From the NCBI GenBank assembly GCA_964016885.1, contig OZ024740.1:42966001-43030000 (forward strand): a stretch of DNA of 64,000 nucleotides, in the 5' to 3' direction. The stretch comes from Eledone cirrhosa. Taxonomy: Eukaryota. Position numbers and translations under genes: made by a program. Numbering within the stretch: position 1 is the first letter of the stretch; each line of letters begins with the position of its first letter. The notes beneath the pieces were generated by a model that saw only the letters and a program-made list of their open reading frames with translations, was not told where the DNA came from and made no database searches. This document shows, piece by piece, positions 44,155-57,249 of this stretch.

Positions 44155-47100
44155 ATGGCTATGCTAAGAGTAGGCTGTCTAAATGCGCGTGGCCTGGGCT
44201 CAACTTGGAAGCAAGCACTGCTTCTAAATGACCTCAGGTCACAACGTATAGATGTGATGGTTATTTGCGAGGCCCGGATCAGCAACGTGCGACAGCTGGC
44301 CCCCACCTTTGATGACTTTGAGATGCACGCATCTCTCTGTCAGCTCGGAAGTGGGGGTGGGGTTGTCGTTCAGCTGCAAAAACATCTGGGTCTCGCAACA
44401 CAGGCGGTACATTTGGACCCGGAGGGTCGACTAGTGGTTCTGGACCTTGGCAGTGGTGAAGGCGGAGCCTTTAGGTTGGTAGCCGTCTACGGTCCTTTCG
44501 GGTCAATGCGGCCGGACTTCTTCCATCGTCTGGAGACTTTTCTAGGGACGTCCTGCTCCTTGCTATTAGTGGGGGACTGGAATGGTATCCTAGATGCACG
44601 TTGGGACTACGTAGGGGCCTGTCCCGATAGAGAGGGATGTAATAGCCTCAAAGGGTTAATCGGTCGATTTGACCTGGCCGATAGATATCGACTAGATTTT
44701 CCGACTGCGCCAATCTGGACTTGGGCAAACCGCAGCGGATCATCTAGGTCGTACCTAGATAGGTTCTTAGTTAGAAATAAGGATAAGGGCTTTTTAAGTT
44801 GTCCAAAAATGCGCATGGTTGGCTATTCAGACGACAAATTAGGGACCTGCATGATAAACCTTGACAGAACGCATAGACAGGGACCCGGTTACTGGAAGGT
44901 CAACTTATCCTTACCGGCAAGTAAGGCTTACAGGGACCGTATTAGCACTTTAGTTAAGGAGCGGTTGACGGGCGCCATCGTCAACAGCAGGTGGTGGGGA
45001 TCTCTCAAAAGAGAGATTAGAGTAGTCTCTATAGAATTTAGTAAGGAGTTAGCCTCAAACAGAAATAGGAAGGAAAGGTAGTTGGTAGATAGTGTAGAAG
45101 AGGCAATTAGAAGCGGTGACGTGGCCAGAGTGCTAGCGTCGGGAACGGCCCTGGCCCAGTTCTTCGACGCGAAACACGAAGGCTGCATCGTCCGAAGCAA
45201 AATACGTGCTCTGGGAAACGAGGGGACCAAAGCTGTTAGCTGGGCCCGCGTTGACAGAAGCCAAAAGAGGGAGTAGATCCACTATCCGGTCTTTGCGAGA
45301 CCAGGATGGACGTGTGATACTTGAGCTTAAGCAGATGTGCGAGGCTTTTCAAAAGCACTTTGCCAGATTGTTCGGAAGGGGTGGGGAGCCGGTTGGGGAA
45401 GTGGACTTCAGTCCATACCTCGACGGCCTGCCGCGTCTCTCGGACAGGGAGGCGAAGTCCTGCGAGGAGCCAATTTCAGCCGCTGAGATAGAGGACGTGC
45501 TGAGCCAATGCGGCAAACGCATTCCCCGGGTCTCGATGGTCTTCAATACGAACTATATCTATCTATGCCGGACTTGTTCCTCGATGTCCTCGAGGCGGTC
45601 TACTGCAACTGGCAACAGAACGGGAGAATTCCCTGTGCTGTGACCAAGGGCGTAGTCACGCTAGTGAGGAAGGACGAGAACAAGGGGGACGATATAAATA
45701 ATTTCAGGCCCATAACTCTGTTAAATACAGAGTTACAGATGTTGGCTAAGGTGCTAGCAAAGAGGTTGGCGCTTGTCGTGGGCAACCTGGTGGGAGATGC
45801 GCAGACATGTGCTATCCCGTTCAGGTCCATCCACGATAACCTCCACCTCATGCGATACATCATAGAGAGGGTTGGGAACGAACCCGGCTTAGGTGGGGCC
45901 CTGATCAACTTGGATCAATCTAAGGCGTTCGATAAGGTCGACATGGTTACCTGGATGGGGTGCTAGCGGCGGCAGGCTTCGGACCCGTTTTCAGGGGCTG
46001 GATCAATGCCATGCACAGCAGCCGCATCTGCTCTAGGATCAAGGTGAACGGCTACCTCTCCAAGCCGTTCGAAATCGCGCGGTATATACGACAAGGGTGC
46101 CCTATCTCTTCCCTTCTGTATGTAATGACTCTAGAGCCACTGCTGCGGAAGTTTGAGTTGTTGCAGGGCATCCCGTTGGAACCGGGATTGCGGAAAACAG
46201 TGTCCGCCTACGTCGATGACGTAACAGTAATGGTGTCGACGGCCTCGGAAATCGGGGCGATCGGCACCTTACTGGAGGAGTACGAAAGGTTTACAGGGCT
46301 AAGCTGAACCGGGACAAGTCGATCGGTCTGCAACTCGGCACGTGGAGGGGCAGATCGATGCCCTCCGATGGCGTCATCGGGCGCTGGACGGAGGGCCCGG
46401 TGAAGTTACTCGGGGTCTGGTTCGGACCAGACCTCCAGGTGGAGAAGAAATGGGGTGAGGTAACGAACAGGGTGTTTGCACTGACCCAGAAGTGGGCCGA
46501 GTGTAAACTGTCCCTGAAAGGTCGGGCGGAGGTGGCGAACACTTATATAGCGTCTGTCATCTACTACCGCCTGACCGTTGTGCCTTGCCCAAGGGAAACG
46601 CTCGCCAAAATGGAGCGCGCACTTTTCCAATTCCTTTGGAAGAAGCGGGCTCCTATGGTGAGGAGATCCATCTGTTGTCAACACCCTTCGAAAAGAGGGC
46701 TGGGAATGCCGTGGCTAATGATACGTAAACACGCATTAAGGCTACGGTACCTCCAGGTATTCCTCACCGGTCAACCGGTGTGGGCCCCGTTTGTGAGGCG
46801 AGCCTTTCCCAGACTCGTCTCACTCACCGAGCTGCAATCCTGGGTCAAACAAAGACCGAGAAAACTGGGCGCCTGGCACACCGAGTGTGCCCAGGCGCTC
46901 ACGGCTCTCTGGCAGGCGGACCCGGCTGTCAGTGGAGAATCCACCTCGTCATTCTATAGAGGGCTGGTGGTTAGCAGGTGCGACGACGCCCTCGGAGAAG
47001 CCCTAGGCATGGAGGAAGACGAACAGACCAACCTGTTCGGTAGGACATTCAGCCCGGGATCCATGGATAACTTCCAGAAGTCCCTGACCTGGCAGTGCTA

Positions 47101-47590
47101 CCGAGGGGCTCTGCCCGTTCGAGAAAGGCTCTACAGACACGGGCGCCCGGGTAGGGACCCCTCGAAAAAGATCTGTCCCAGATCCGTCTGCGACGAGGAA
47201 ACCGTTGCACACGCATTGGTACACTGCTCGGGCATTGCCGATCTGTGGGGCTATGTCGAACAACTGCTGCCAAGGGTGGGACCGATCCGGTTGACCACCG
47301 AGTCTATTGTAATGATCAAGCCGCCTCCCCTCTTCAAAAACGAAGGAGAGGTGGTGTTTCTGTGCGTAATAGCCATGGCGAAAGAGGTTGTATGGTGGAC
47401 GCGTCTGAAAGGACTGAGGTCTGACACCTTTCTCTCTGGCCAACACCTGGTCCGTTTCTTCCGATATCATTTCGGAAGAAGGATCAGGATGGAGAGAGAG
47501 GTGCTGCACCCAAGCCGTTTTTATGAAAGATGGGTGAAAGTGGCGAGAATGGCCCGTGTGAATGGGCCTTCACTCTACATCAGACTATAA
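44155..47590 (+). pseudogene. LINE ORF2: APE endonuclease, reverse transcriptase and C-terminal Zn finger
   Basis: LNARGL, GDWN, SYLDRF, SDD(H), PGLDG, FRPITLLN, LDQSKAFD, RQGCPIS, YVDD, CPR..C...ETVAHALVHC; stop at 45079-45081 and several frameshifts. Confidence 0.92.
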
Positions 47591-48767
47591 GTGAGGAAGA
47601 TGAAAGATCAAGGGAGCACCCCCTCTCTGTGCTCCTGAGGGGAAGGGTTGAACACTTCCATCCGGGGGGGGACCCCCCCCCCCAAGGCGCCGCCGCCCTA
47701 TTGAAGATTTTGTTATTAAATTTATTTTATATTTTATTTTATTTTTATATCTTGTTATTGCTCCTCCTTATTGGGGACGCCTTTTTATGTAAACTACCCC
47801 ATTGTACTTGTCCCACTTTTTGATGCCCTGGCGGCAAATAAAAAGAAACTTATATATTTATATATATATACACATATATAATTTTAAATTCTTTTCATAC
47901 GTCTGACAAATAAGTGATTTCGGGCTGAGGTAGAGTAACGACATTTTTAAAATATACAAATATGCGTATACACACAAACTCACACACGCATATACACAAT
48001 ATGTATATATGAAAAATGTTGTTATTCTACCTTATACTCTCCATCATTATTTTTAGTTCGACAGCGTTTGTTTCTTACTGCCATGTAATCATATATCTAC
48101 CTCTAGTTTACTACTATATTGATATGCAATCATAGCGTGTACATCCGATCCGTTGAAAGACATTTATCACCGCCGTATCCATGACAAACATGCATATGCA
48201 GTGAAGTCAGAAATTATTGATAAATAATAGAAGCTTCTTCTATTATATAAGATCATATTCTCTTCATCTACACAGAAAAGAAATATTAGAACAACAAGAT
48301 ATTTCCCTAATGTAAGAGAAAATGCATTTTATAACAAGTGCACAAAATCCTGACGACTCGATTTCCGTAGTAAATCAAATACATGATTTCTCTCTCACAC
48401 GAGGCCAAAGCTAAACACACTGCGTTTATTTCAAAACAGGTGAATGGCGAAGTTAAAGTAGGCAGGATTTGAACACAAAACAAAAATAATAAATAAACAC
48501 GTCAGTAAAAACCGCAGAGAACTTGTGAGGGAAGAATCATGTGTCTACGTGGCTCAGAAGTAAACGTATAATTTGAAAAGTAAGATGACTGGTCAGGAAA
48601 CATCAGAGCCGGTTTAGTAGTTCAGTGAATCGATTCTTTTCAGTTATCAAAAATACCAAATGTAGTATAATAATTTGTTTCAATAGAGATTTGACATTAT
48701 CGATATAATCATATTGGATGATGGATTAAAGTGTTTCTTCCTTCAGACCTAGAAAATAATAGTAATA

Positions 48768-49075
48768 ATAATTGTTTCTCCTTTTGGCACAAGGCCAGCA
48801 ATTAATCCAGTGCATTACTGGTACTTTATTCTATCGAACCCGTAAAGACGAAAGGCTAAGTTAACTTCGGCGGAATTTGAACTGAGAATGGCAAAGGGCC
48901 GTATCTCTATGCGTCAAATCATGGCGTCCGACCCTCTACCGATACTGCCAATCCACAGACCTAGAAAATAATAGTAATGATAATTGTTTCTACTTTTGGC
49001 ACAAGGCCAGCAATTAACCAGTACATTACTGGTATTTTATTTTATCGATCCCGTAAGGATGAAAGGCATAGTTTC
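48768..49075 (-). mobile_element. Two family-2 SINEs
   Basis: Reverse-complement SINE bodies; a 23-bp duplication cagacctagaaaataatagtaat at 48744 and 48956. Confidence 0.85.
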
Positions 49076-49519
49076 ATTTATTGGCCACATGACGTACATA
49101 TAGGGGACAATACAATAGACGGGGACAGTAGGTGTTTACAATAAACATCGAGTAAAAACAAGTTGTTGCTGGTGGTGGTTCTGTATATACTGTTGTTGTT
49201 AGTGTTAGGTTTCACCGCTGCTGGCGGTGTCATTGCGGCTGTTGTTGTCACTGCTGATACTGCTGTTGATGCTACTGATTCTGTAGTCCACCGGGGCTGT
49301 GGGGAGGCCACCAATAGGATTGACCGACTGTCATTTTATCACTTAACTGTTGTTTGTCGTTAGATAACTAGGTATCTGTAGATGAACGTCGACTCACATA
49401 TACTACTACCATTTCTCCTACTGCTCGAAATAGTAGCTAAAGCCCCCTTATATCACAAGCTACAGTCTCAAAAAGTAAAGTCACTTTGGTCATATGTTTG
49501 AACCGTCTGCTCTTTTTTC

Positions 49520-49770
49520 TAGTGGCGGTGGTGGTGGTGGTGGGGGAGCTAATAGAGACTGTACTGGTTTTTATGGTAATGGGTGGGTGTGGTGTTGGTG
49601 GTGGTGGTGGTTGGGGAGCTAATAGAGACTGTACTGGTTTTGATGCTAGTGGGTGGGTGTGGTAGTTGGTGGTGGTGGTGGCGGGGTAGCTGAAGAGACT
49701 GTACTGGTTTTGATGGTAGTGGGTGGGTGTGGTGTTGGTGGTGGTGGTGGTGGGGGAGCTAATAGAGACT
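49520..49770. repeat. 70-bp G-rich tandem repeat (~3.5 copies, with a further piece at 50008-50055)
   Basis: gagctaatagagactgtactggttttgatg..gggtgggtgtggtgttggtggtggtgg with period 70. Confidence 0.85.
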
Positions 49771-50549
49771 TTAGCAGTACTAGTTATAGATGTTATCGAG
49801 ATACGAGTGACATAATAATTATTTCAACAGCAGAAATTAGAGATGAAATATACGTTTATTTGTTGATGTAGCACAAACAATGGTGTTGTACAGAGGCTGG
49901 TTTCTGGCGTGTGATCAGTCGGCTTTCCAGTGGCTGTCTGTCTGTTCTTTCTGGCGTTCTCAACCGGCGTTGTTCTATCAAGGAGCGTGAGGCGTCTTAC
50001 TACAAGTCTGTACTGGTTTTGATGCTAGTGGGTGGGTGTGGTGTTGGTGGTGGTGGTATAATTTATCTTCAACTCTCCGTCTGAAACATTCAAAAGACGC
50101 ACATTTTTCTCATGCGAAGTTGTTGTGCTCTGGTACGTGGAAGGGGGGGGGGGTTTACCTTCATATTTCTTTTTGAAAATGTTCATAAGTTTGGAGGCGT
50201 TTTTCATAGAAGAAAATACAATATTTGATCCAGAGACCCAAATATTATGGTGGTCACTTTCCTTGATGGTCAATTCTGGTACCCACCCCATAAACAGTTT
50301 GTGACAAAAGAAATTGGCTAAAAGCCACAGTAAACAAGTGGAAAACGACAAACTTACACAAGCAGACAAGAATTCGTCCGTATAAACTAATAATAAGAAT
50401 AATGGTTTCTGATGTAGGAAACACTAAGGACCCTTCGATACGTCCTGAATATCTGAGGCTGCAAGTAGCAGCTTGATGTTCATTAAGGCAAATCTTCCGG
50501 TTAAATATCATCAATATATAGAGATATAAAATTAGAAATAACAATAATA

Positions 50550-50738
50550 ATATTTGTTTCTACTTTTGGCACAAGGCCAGCAATTACCCAGTGCATTACT
50601 GGTACTTTAATTTATCGACCCCGTAAGGATGAAAGGCAAAGTTACCCTTGGCGGGATTTGAACTCAGACCATAAAGGGCCGCAACTCTATGTTGCAAAGC
50701 ATGGTGTCTGACGCTCTACCGATACTGCCAATCCGCCG
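50550..50738 (-). mobile_element. Family-2 SINE
   Basis: Full-length reverse-complement copy. Confidence 0.85.
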
Positions 50739-50755
50739 GTAGTGTAAATATAAAG

Positions 50756-50827
50756 TTCCCATACCGGGAATCTAACCCGAGCGGCCTGGGCGAAAGCCAG
50801 GAATCCTAACCACTAGACCACATGGGA
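50756..50827 (-). tRNA. tRNA-Glu(UUC), probably a pseudogene or variant
   Basis: 72-nt cloverleaf TCCCATGTGGTCTAGTGGTTAGGATTCCTGGCTTTCGCCCAGGCCGCTCGGGTTAGATTCCCGGTATGGGAA; the T-loop reads TTA instead of TTC; no T4 terminator immediately downstream. Confidence 0.85.
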
Positions 50828-50837
50828 ATGTAATAAT

Positions 50838-51041
50838 GGTTTCTTATATAGGCACAATGGGGAGGGGAAAGTCGATTAAATCGACACCAGTGCGTGACTG
50901 GTACTTTATTTTATCGACCCTGTAAGGATGAAAGGTAAAGTTAACCTCGGCGGGATTTGAACTCAGATCGTAAAGGCCCGTAACTCCATGATACAAAATA
51001 TGGCGTCCGACGCTCTACCGATACTGCCAATCCACCACCCT
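50838..51041 (-). mobile_element. Family-2 SINE with 18-bp TSD
   Basis: acatgggaatgtaataat at 50820-50837 and 51042-51059. Confidence 0.88.
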
Positions 51042-51458
51042 ACATGGGAATGTAATAATAATAGTGTCGATGATGACAAATAAAACAAAAAGAATAAACA
51101 AATGGATAAAAACACATAAATAAATAAAAGCGGAAGCATAAAGAAATAAAAATATTTCCAAATAAGCTTCATTCAATATAAATATGAGTTACTGCTTCCG
51201 AACGTTGATAATTTAGAATCATGTTTTATGGATTTCAGTTTGATGTTTGACTTGAGTGTGACATTTAACGTTCGAAATGAATATATTCTGGAGAATATAA
51301 AAATAAAATCACACATTTTGGCCCTTGAATACTTTTCATGCTGTGACAAATGATAGCCAAAATGCAATTTGCCAATGGAAATAACTTACGAAATTTGAAC
51401 AATGCAGTGACGCATGTTTAAGTACACATTAGACACACACACACGCACACATACACAC

Positions 51459-51499
<41 letters not shown>

Positions 51500-51535
51500 C
51501 ACACGCACACACACACACGCACACACACACACACT

Positions 51536-51605
<70 letters not shown>

Positions 51606-51609
51606 CTAG

Positions 51610-51643
<34 letters not shown>

Positions 51644-51646
51644 TAT

Positions 51647-52313
51647 AAGGAAATTTCGCTCTACATGGCTGAATACAATAAATGTAATCTGAGTTCTTCG
51701 AATATTAATAAGAACATTCGATTCGTTTGCAATTATGCAAACAAGCCTCAATTTTATAGCCATGTCAGTAGAATGAACCCTTCACTCTTGCTCTTGAGTT
51801 GGCATGCGAACAGAACTGCAGACACTAATATTTCTGTGTATCACCCTTCATCAGTACAGCTCACTGTTCACCTGCCAAACTGTCAGAGCTAGTGAAAATA
51901 TATGCTATTTTCAAAAATACACAGTGATTGATCGGCCAGACTTGCACATTAGCAGACTGGCTGATCAGTCAGATCTGCATATTAGCAGATCCACTAATCA
52001 GCCATATTTGCATATCAGCAGACTGGCCAATCAGTTTCCTGTATACGAGCGATAAATGACCGGCTTTACCAAATTCAAATAAAAAAGAAAATTTCGCTCT
52101 ACATGGCTGAATACAATAAATGTAATGTGAGTTTTTTTAATATTAATAATAACATTCGATTCGGTTGCAATTATGCAAAGAAGACTCAATTTTATAGCCA
52201 TCTCAGTAGAATGAACACTTCTGACATGGCTATAAAATTGAGGCATGTTTGCATAATTGCAAACGAATCAAATGTTATTATTAATATTCGAAAAACTCAG
52301 ATTACATTTATTA
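51647..52313 (-). mobile_element. Non-autonomous retrozyme-like unit K (438-bp period, inverted segment)
   Basis: 51651-51783 is repeated at 52089-52221; 52221-52313 is inverted; flanked by (TA)n; internal ~33-bp repeats at 51925-52035. Confidence 0.8.
51808..51869 (-). ncRNA. Type I hammerhead ribozyme (family K)
   Basis: GAACAG tg AGCTGTA-CTGATGA-agg GTG ata CAC a-GAA-ATATTAGTGT-C|TGCAGTT CTGTTC; stem II is weak. Confidence 0.7.
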
Positions 52314-52377
<64 letters not shown>

Positions 52378-52384
52378 TATATAT

Positions 52385-52610
52385 ATTTATTAAAATAACA
52401 GATTAAAGTTTAAGCAAAGAATCGGTGCTTTCACCTTTAAGGGGATCTTCTGAAACTAAAAAATCTATCCTTGAACGCAGAAGTAAATATTTCGAAAAAC
52501 ATGTTTACTTCTGCGTTCACAGATTGATTTTTTTTAGTTTCCTATATATTTGATATATATTTATCCTTTTCGAACCCTCTTTGGATTTTAGTCTTCAAAT
52601 TTATTATTAT

Positions 52611-52615
<5 letters not shown>
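52385..52615. mobile_element. Foldback remnant of the family-L pLTR
   Basis: Matches 20725-20840, then inverts to match parts of 22620-22815. Confidence 0.8.
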
Positions 52616-52671
<56 letters not shown>

Positions 52672-52868
52672 TATATATATATATTATGACAGTAAACCAC
52701 TATAATATATTAGATAAAATGCATGAATGTAATGATTTCAATATAGAAATGTTATTTATACAAATTTATACATACATTTATGATATACAGGTAGAGGACA
52801 CGATTTGGATTGATGCAAAAATGTCGATAAAAATGGCCAATAAAAATTCTAATGTAGATTAAGAGAAA

Positions 52869-52975
52869 ATATAGGTTTTCATAACTCTGAGTAGATTTAC
52901 TTTTACTATAGGTTGTAGATTTACTTTTACTATAGGTTTTCATAACTCTGAGTCGATTTACTTTTACTATAGGTC
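52869..52975. repeat. Short ~37-bp tandem repeat
   Basis: ataggttttcataactctgagtagatttacttttact twice, plus a partial copy. Confidence 0.8.
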
Positions 52976-53689
52976 TTCTGGTGCTGCTGAGTAAAATCTA
53001 TAATAATGTATTTGCAGCCGTAGTTGATTGATAGAATTCGTAGGGTGTCCGTATAAAATATGAATGACTTCAAATCCTGCCAAGGTCAACAGAGACATTT
53101 ATCCGTTTGGGGTCGATAAAATAAAATAACAGCAAAAAAAACAAAAATGTTTGATTTAATACACTTTGCCATAACCTCAATCTGCTGGCATTGTGCCTAA
53201 CTTAGAAATCAATATATTTACAGTCAATATATTACTGTTGTAACATTGGAAATCTGATTTAGTTCAAATGATGACAATCTATTGCTACTTTTCTTGATTC
53301 TAGAGGTGACACAACATTTGAAACAATATTTACTTTCACTCTCTACATTTCCTCTACATTGTTATTGTATTTCCTCTCCAAATATTGTTAACATATATAC
53401 TTGTTTTATGTGTATGATACCACATTATGGATAGATACATACTTAGTGGAAGCCAACTTGTGTACGAGTATGGCCACTTCTTAGAACAAAAAAAAAAAAG
53501 ACATTGGCCAAAACGTGCTATTGATGTTGCTGTCATTGATGTCGGTTTAGAAGGCTCATCAAATCGGGAAGGGAATTACGTATCATACGACACAGTATGC
53601 AGGAACGTTTCCCGCCTACTTCTGTTTGATTGCCGTGGCATGTTTGTGGTGCCGTGTTAGCCCATCTGACAAGTGAAACTTTGGTACAG

Positions 53690-54715
53690 ATGCCACATGC
53701 AAAATCATGGTGTAAGGGGTTCTCAAAGGCGTTGATATCTGCTATGGCTTAGTAGCCCCGCATTTGACATGCATACACGTCCGCATCACTCACATTTAAG
53801 AGTCTATTTCGAACCTCGTTTTGGGAGCGGACTAATATCCCCATATATTTGGCTGCTTGCTTCCTCTTCAGCGAAGCCTCTCTGCTTCTTTTCAAACTCC
53901 TTAACACTGGAAGCAATCAGATTTCGCTAACATGTTCTGATTCTTGCTAGATTCTTCCATGATACGGTGCTATGTTGACTTTCTACAGGGTACTTTTCAG
54001 CCAGTCTTTAGTGCGCTTGTATAGCTTGCATTTGCTTTGCAACAATTCTCCGTACAATACATTTGTGAAGTTTGGTGTCCATTAGGCCAATGTATGTGAT
54101 CTCCATGAGATCTTGACGGAGAAGCACAAGATCTTGAGGAAGAAGCACATGTTGGTGGAAACATTCGAAGCACTGGATATGTCCACAGTATGCCCATATT
54201 CTTGATACACTTCAATTTTGTGCACACACTGATATCTGAGAGTAACCACAGGTGGTTCTTCATCTTACCAAAAGCATCAGAAGCTTTAGACAGCCGGTAA
54301 CCTGCCCCTTCATCAAAGGTGCTGTTTCTGAACAGAATACTAAACAAGTAGATAAACTTATCCAAAACTGTCAATATTTTCCCTTTCACAGATATGGATG
54401 GTGGAGTAAATTACTTTCTGGGTGCATGCTTGTACATTTTTTTCAGACTGATTGAGAGCCCAAACTCATCACACGCTGCCGAGAAGCAATATATCAGCAG
54501 TTTAAGGTCTTCTTCCGTTAACAAACTCATAGTCGTCAGTATAAAGATCACGTCTCAGTGTAAAATATGTCGTTGATGCAGCAGGGAATCTTAGGATGTT
54601 AAAGAGCATTCCTGCTGTTCGATAACATAAATATATTCCAGCATCGGTGTTGGTGAATATCTTTATCACAACGATGCAGGGAAATATTGAACAAAAGTAA
54701 GCGATAACATTTTTT
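53690..54715 (-). pseudogene. RTE (BovB-like) LINE, 3' RT fragment
   Basis: GIYLCYRTAGMLFNILR...DLYTDD, YRLSKASDAFGK, and C-terminal C..CGRVC.S.AGL.SH. Confidence 0.8.
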
Positions 54716-54859
54716 GTGAAACGTAACAAATCTGCCACCAAAACATTTAATTCTTTAACTTTAGCTTATGCAGATGCCACTCAATCAAGAACAAAGATGT
54801 CATGGAACGACTTCGAAATCGGGTCCAGCGAATCCGAAAAGGCATTGCAGGAGATTGGG

Positions 54860-55212
54860 TACTGTATCACGATAATACGCCTGCTCACATTTCACTATAA
54901 ATTAGAGAATTTCTGTGGAAGAAAATATTCTCACTTGTCCACATCCTCCCAAAGCCTATATCTAGCCCCGTGTGATTTCTACTTTTTCCCTAAGTTGAAA
55001 TCGAAGTTGAAGTGTCATCATTGTTGGACTGTCGAAAACACACAAAAAATTGTAACCGGCGAGCCCTCACAGAAAATTACTATCGGTACTGCTACAAACA
55101 ATGGACAAACATTGGAAACCACTGTGACTTCCCAAGGCTCATAGTTTGAAGGAAATACCTAATATACTTTTAAATAAAACATTAGTACCCTTACTTTTGG
55201 TATAAACCTATA
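54860..55212 (+). mobile_element. Mariner transposase 3' fragment with right TIR remnant
   Basis: HDNTPAH...HPP...YLAPCDFYFFPKLK; ends ttacttttggtataaacctata. Confidence 0.75.
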
Positions 55213-56096
55213 AAATACATTAGTACATGAATACATACATATATGAACACATAGATGCATACCTAAATTTATACACGCTTATAAAAATGGCACAATCAAC
55301 ACCAGACAGACATTCGTAAAAACGATCGTCCAATTTGTGATTTTGAAGGTTTGTCTCTACAAATATGTCGATATACTCCAGCCTATATTAAATAGAAGTT
55401 TAGTTTTTCTTCAATTATAACTAACAGAAACACATTTTACTCACTAACTAAGGTTTGTTCAGGCTATATTGCAAAGCACTTTATTTCTTGCGGGATTTCG
55501 CTTTTCGAATTATAGATTGCACAATTAACAACACCAATACTAGCACTACAAGCATCAACAATACTACATGCGAGATTTTTAAATGACGTGTGTATTAGCC
55601 TCACTTCATTTGGTGTTTGTATTTAAATGAATATCTACTCAGGTGTTAGGAAAACGATACTTTTCACGACAGTATGCAGAGTAACGGCACATTGTCAGTA
55701 ATATGGTGGCTAAACAGCAGCATTGGGATAAAGCCTGCCTAAACCTAAACTAAAAGAGATTTGATAAGATGCCATACTATTTGATTTCTGAAAACATTTA
55801 AAAGTAGTCAAAACTATCTCCTAATGCCATCATCGCCATCGCTTAATTCTAATACATCTCGGTATGAAACAACCTTCAGAAATATCTATGGAATAAATAC
55901 TACATAAAATGCTCCCATATTAAAAGGTATTAATGATATCACTGGGGAGTATATGGAAACATGCTATAACATTTATTGGACAATTAAAAGCTGTTTATAT
56001 ACGGCTAACACTGCTTTGAAAGTGACATAGGAGTTATCGACAGTGCAAGCAGTAATGAAATAACTAAGTGCAAACAAGCTGGATAAATGAAATAAT

Positions 56097-56280
56097 TGTT
56101 TCTACTTTAGGCACAAGGCCAGCAATTATCCAGTGCATTACTGGTACTTTATTTTACCGACCCCGTAAGGATGAAAGGCAAAGTGAACCTCGGCGGGATT
56201 TGAACTCAGATCGTAAAGGGACGTAACTATGCTGGAAAGCATGGCGTCCGACTCTCTACTGATACTGCCAATCCACCGCC
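56097..56280 (-). mobile_element. Family-2 SINE with 18-bp TSD
   Basis: ctggataaatgaaataat at 56079-56096 and 56281-56298. Confidence 0.9.
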
Positions 56281-57249
56281 CTGGATAAATGAAATAATAT
56301 GAAACAGTAAGAAGCTGAGTTGCTGAATCGGACTTTTAGCAACCAATATAGGGCGTAAATTGAATAATAAGATCGCAGTATACCAACACCATCTTATGAA
56401 AAAAATTAACGAAATTAATTTACACATCAAACTTTTGAGAGGAATCTGATAACTTATATACACAAACTTTAGAGGCTGAGTAAAAAAACTTCGTTATCTG
56501 AAAATATTACAATAAACCCAGCATTAACTCCAGGTTTGCTATTACAAGCTGTATACACACGATGGAATTGAAAATCAATGTCTTCATACATAACTTCCCA
56601 GCGAGCTCTTAAAAACGTTTATTTGAAGATCCTAAATCATATCAGCCTAACATTTAGAACGAAATGAACGATTTTAATCAGATGGATCATAGTTTGATGC
56701 AATCAAGTGAGAATATTGTAACAACATTGACAATATATATTTAGTATAATCAACATTCAAGCTTCCACCCCATCTGTAGGAAAGCTACATAACTGGAGGG
56801 CACCAAGAAGAAACGTAATACTTAAATACCGCTTCAAGACGTTAGTGTTCTACAAAAAGTAACTAATATATATATTTTCTAGAAATGTAAAGCCTGAATG
56901 ACATACTAAATTGGCTTGCGATGTCTTGTATAAATGTTGCAGCTAAGCTAAAAATAAAGATATTGACATGACAGAAAGCTATACAGCAGTTGTCTACTTA
57001 AATGTTGTGTACGCATTTTACATTGCGTGACCAACAATATAGTGAACTGTTGAATAGGCACTTGGAAAGGAAAAGGTGTGGGGATGTGCAGAACTGTTTG
57101 TGATAAATAACGCTGTACTGTCTGAAATGATATTACACTGCAGAACACCAGTAATAGTAAGGTTTGATAAAAAAACAACAACATTTGACTACATTCCCGT
57201 ACAAGAATTACAGCAGTTGGTGCAGTAATGCTCCAGCTTTGGCAATTGG

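Larger units (their letters stand above)
42140..47850 (+). mobile_element. Near full-length L1/Tx1-clade LINE, disrupted
   Basis: 5'UTR, gag-like ORF1, APE-RT ORF2 and a 3'UTR ending AATAAAAAGAAA; TA-rich flanks. Confidence 0.92.

Noticed and set aside
44607-47509. Antisense ORFs within the LINE
   Set aside because: These are shadows of the GC-rich ORF2.
50025-50544. Overlapping minus-strand ORFs of ~100 aa
   Set aside because: No recognisable motif or coherent splice structure.
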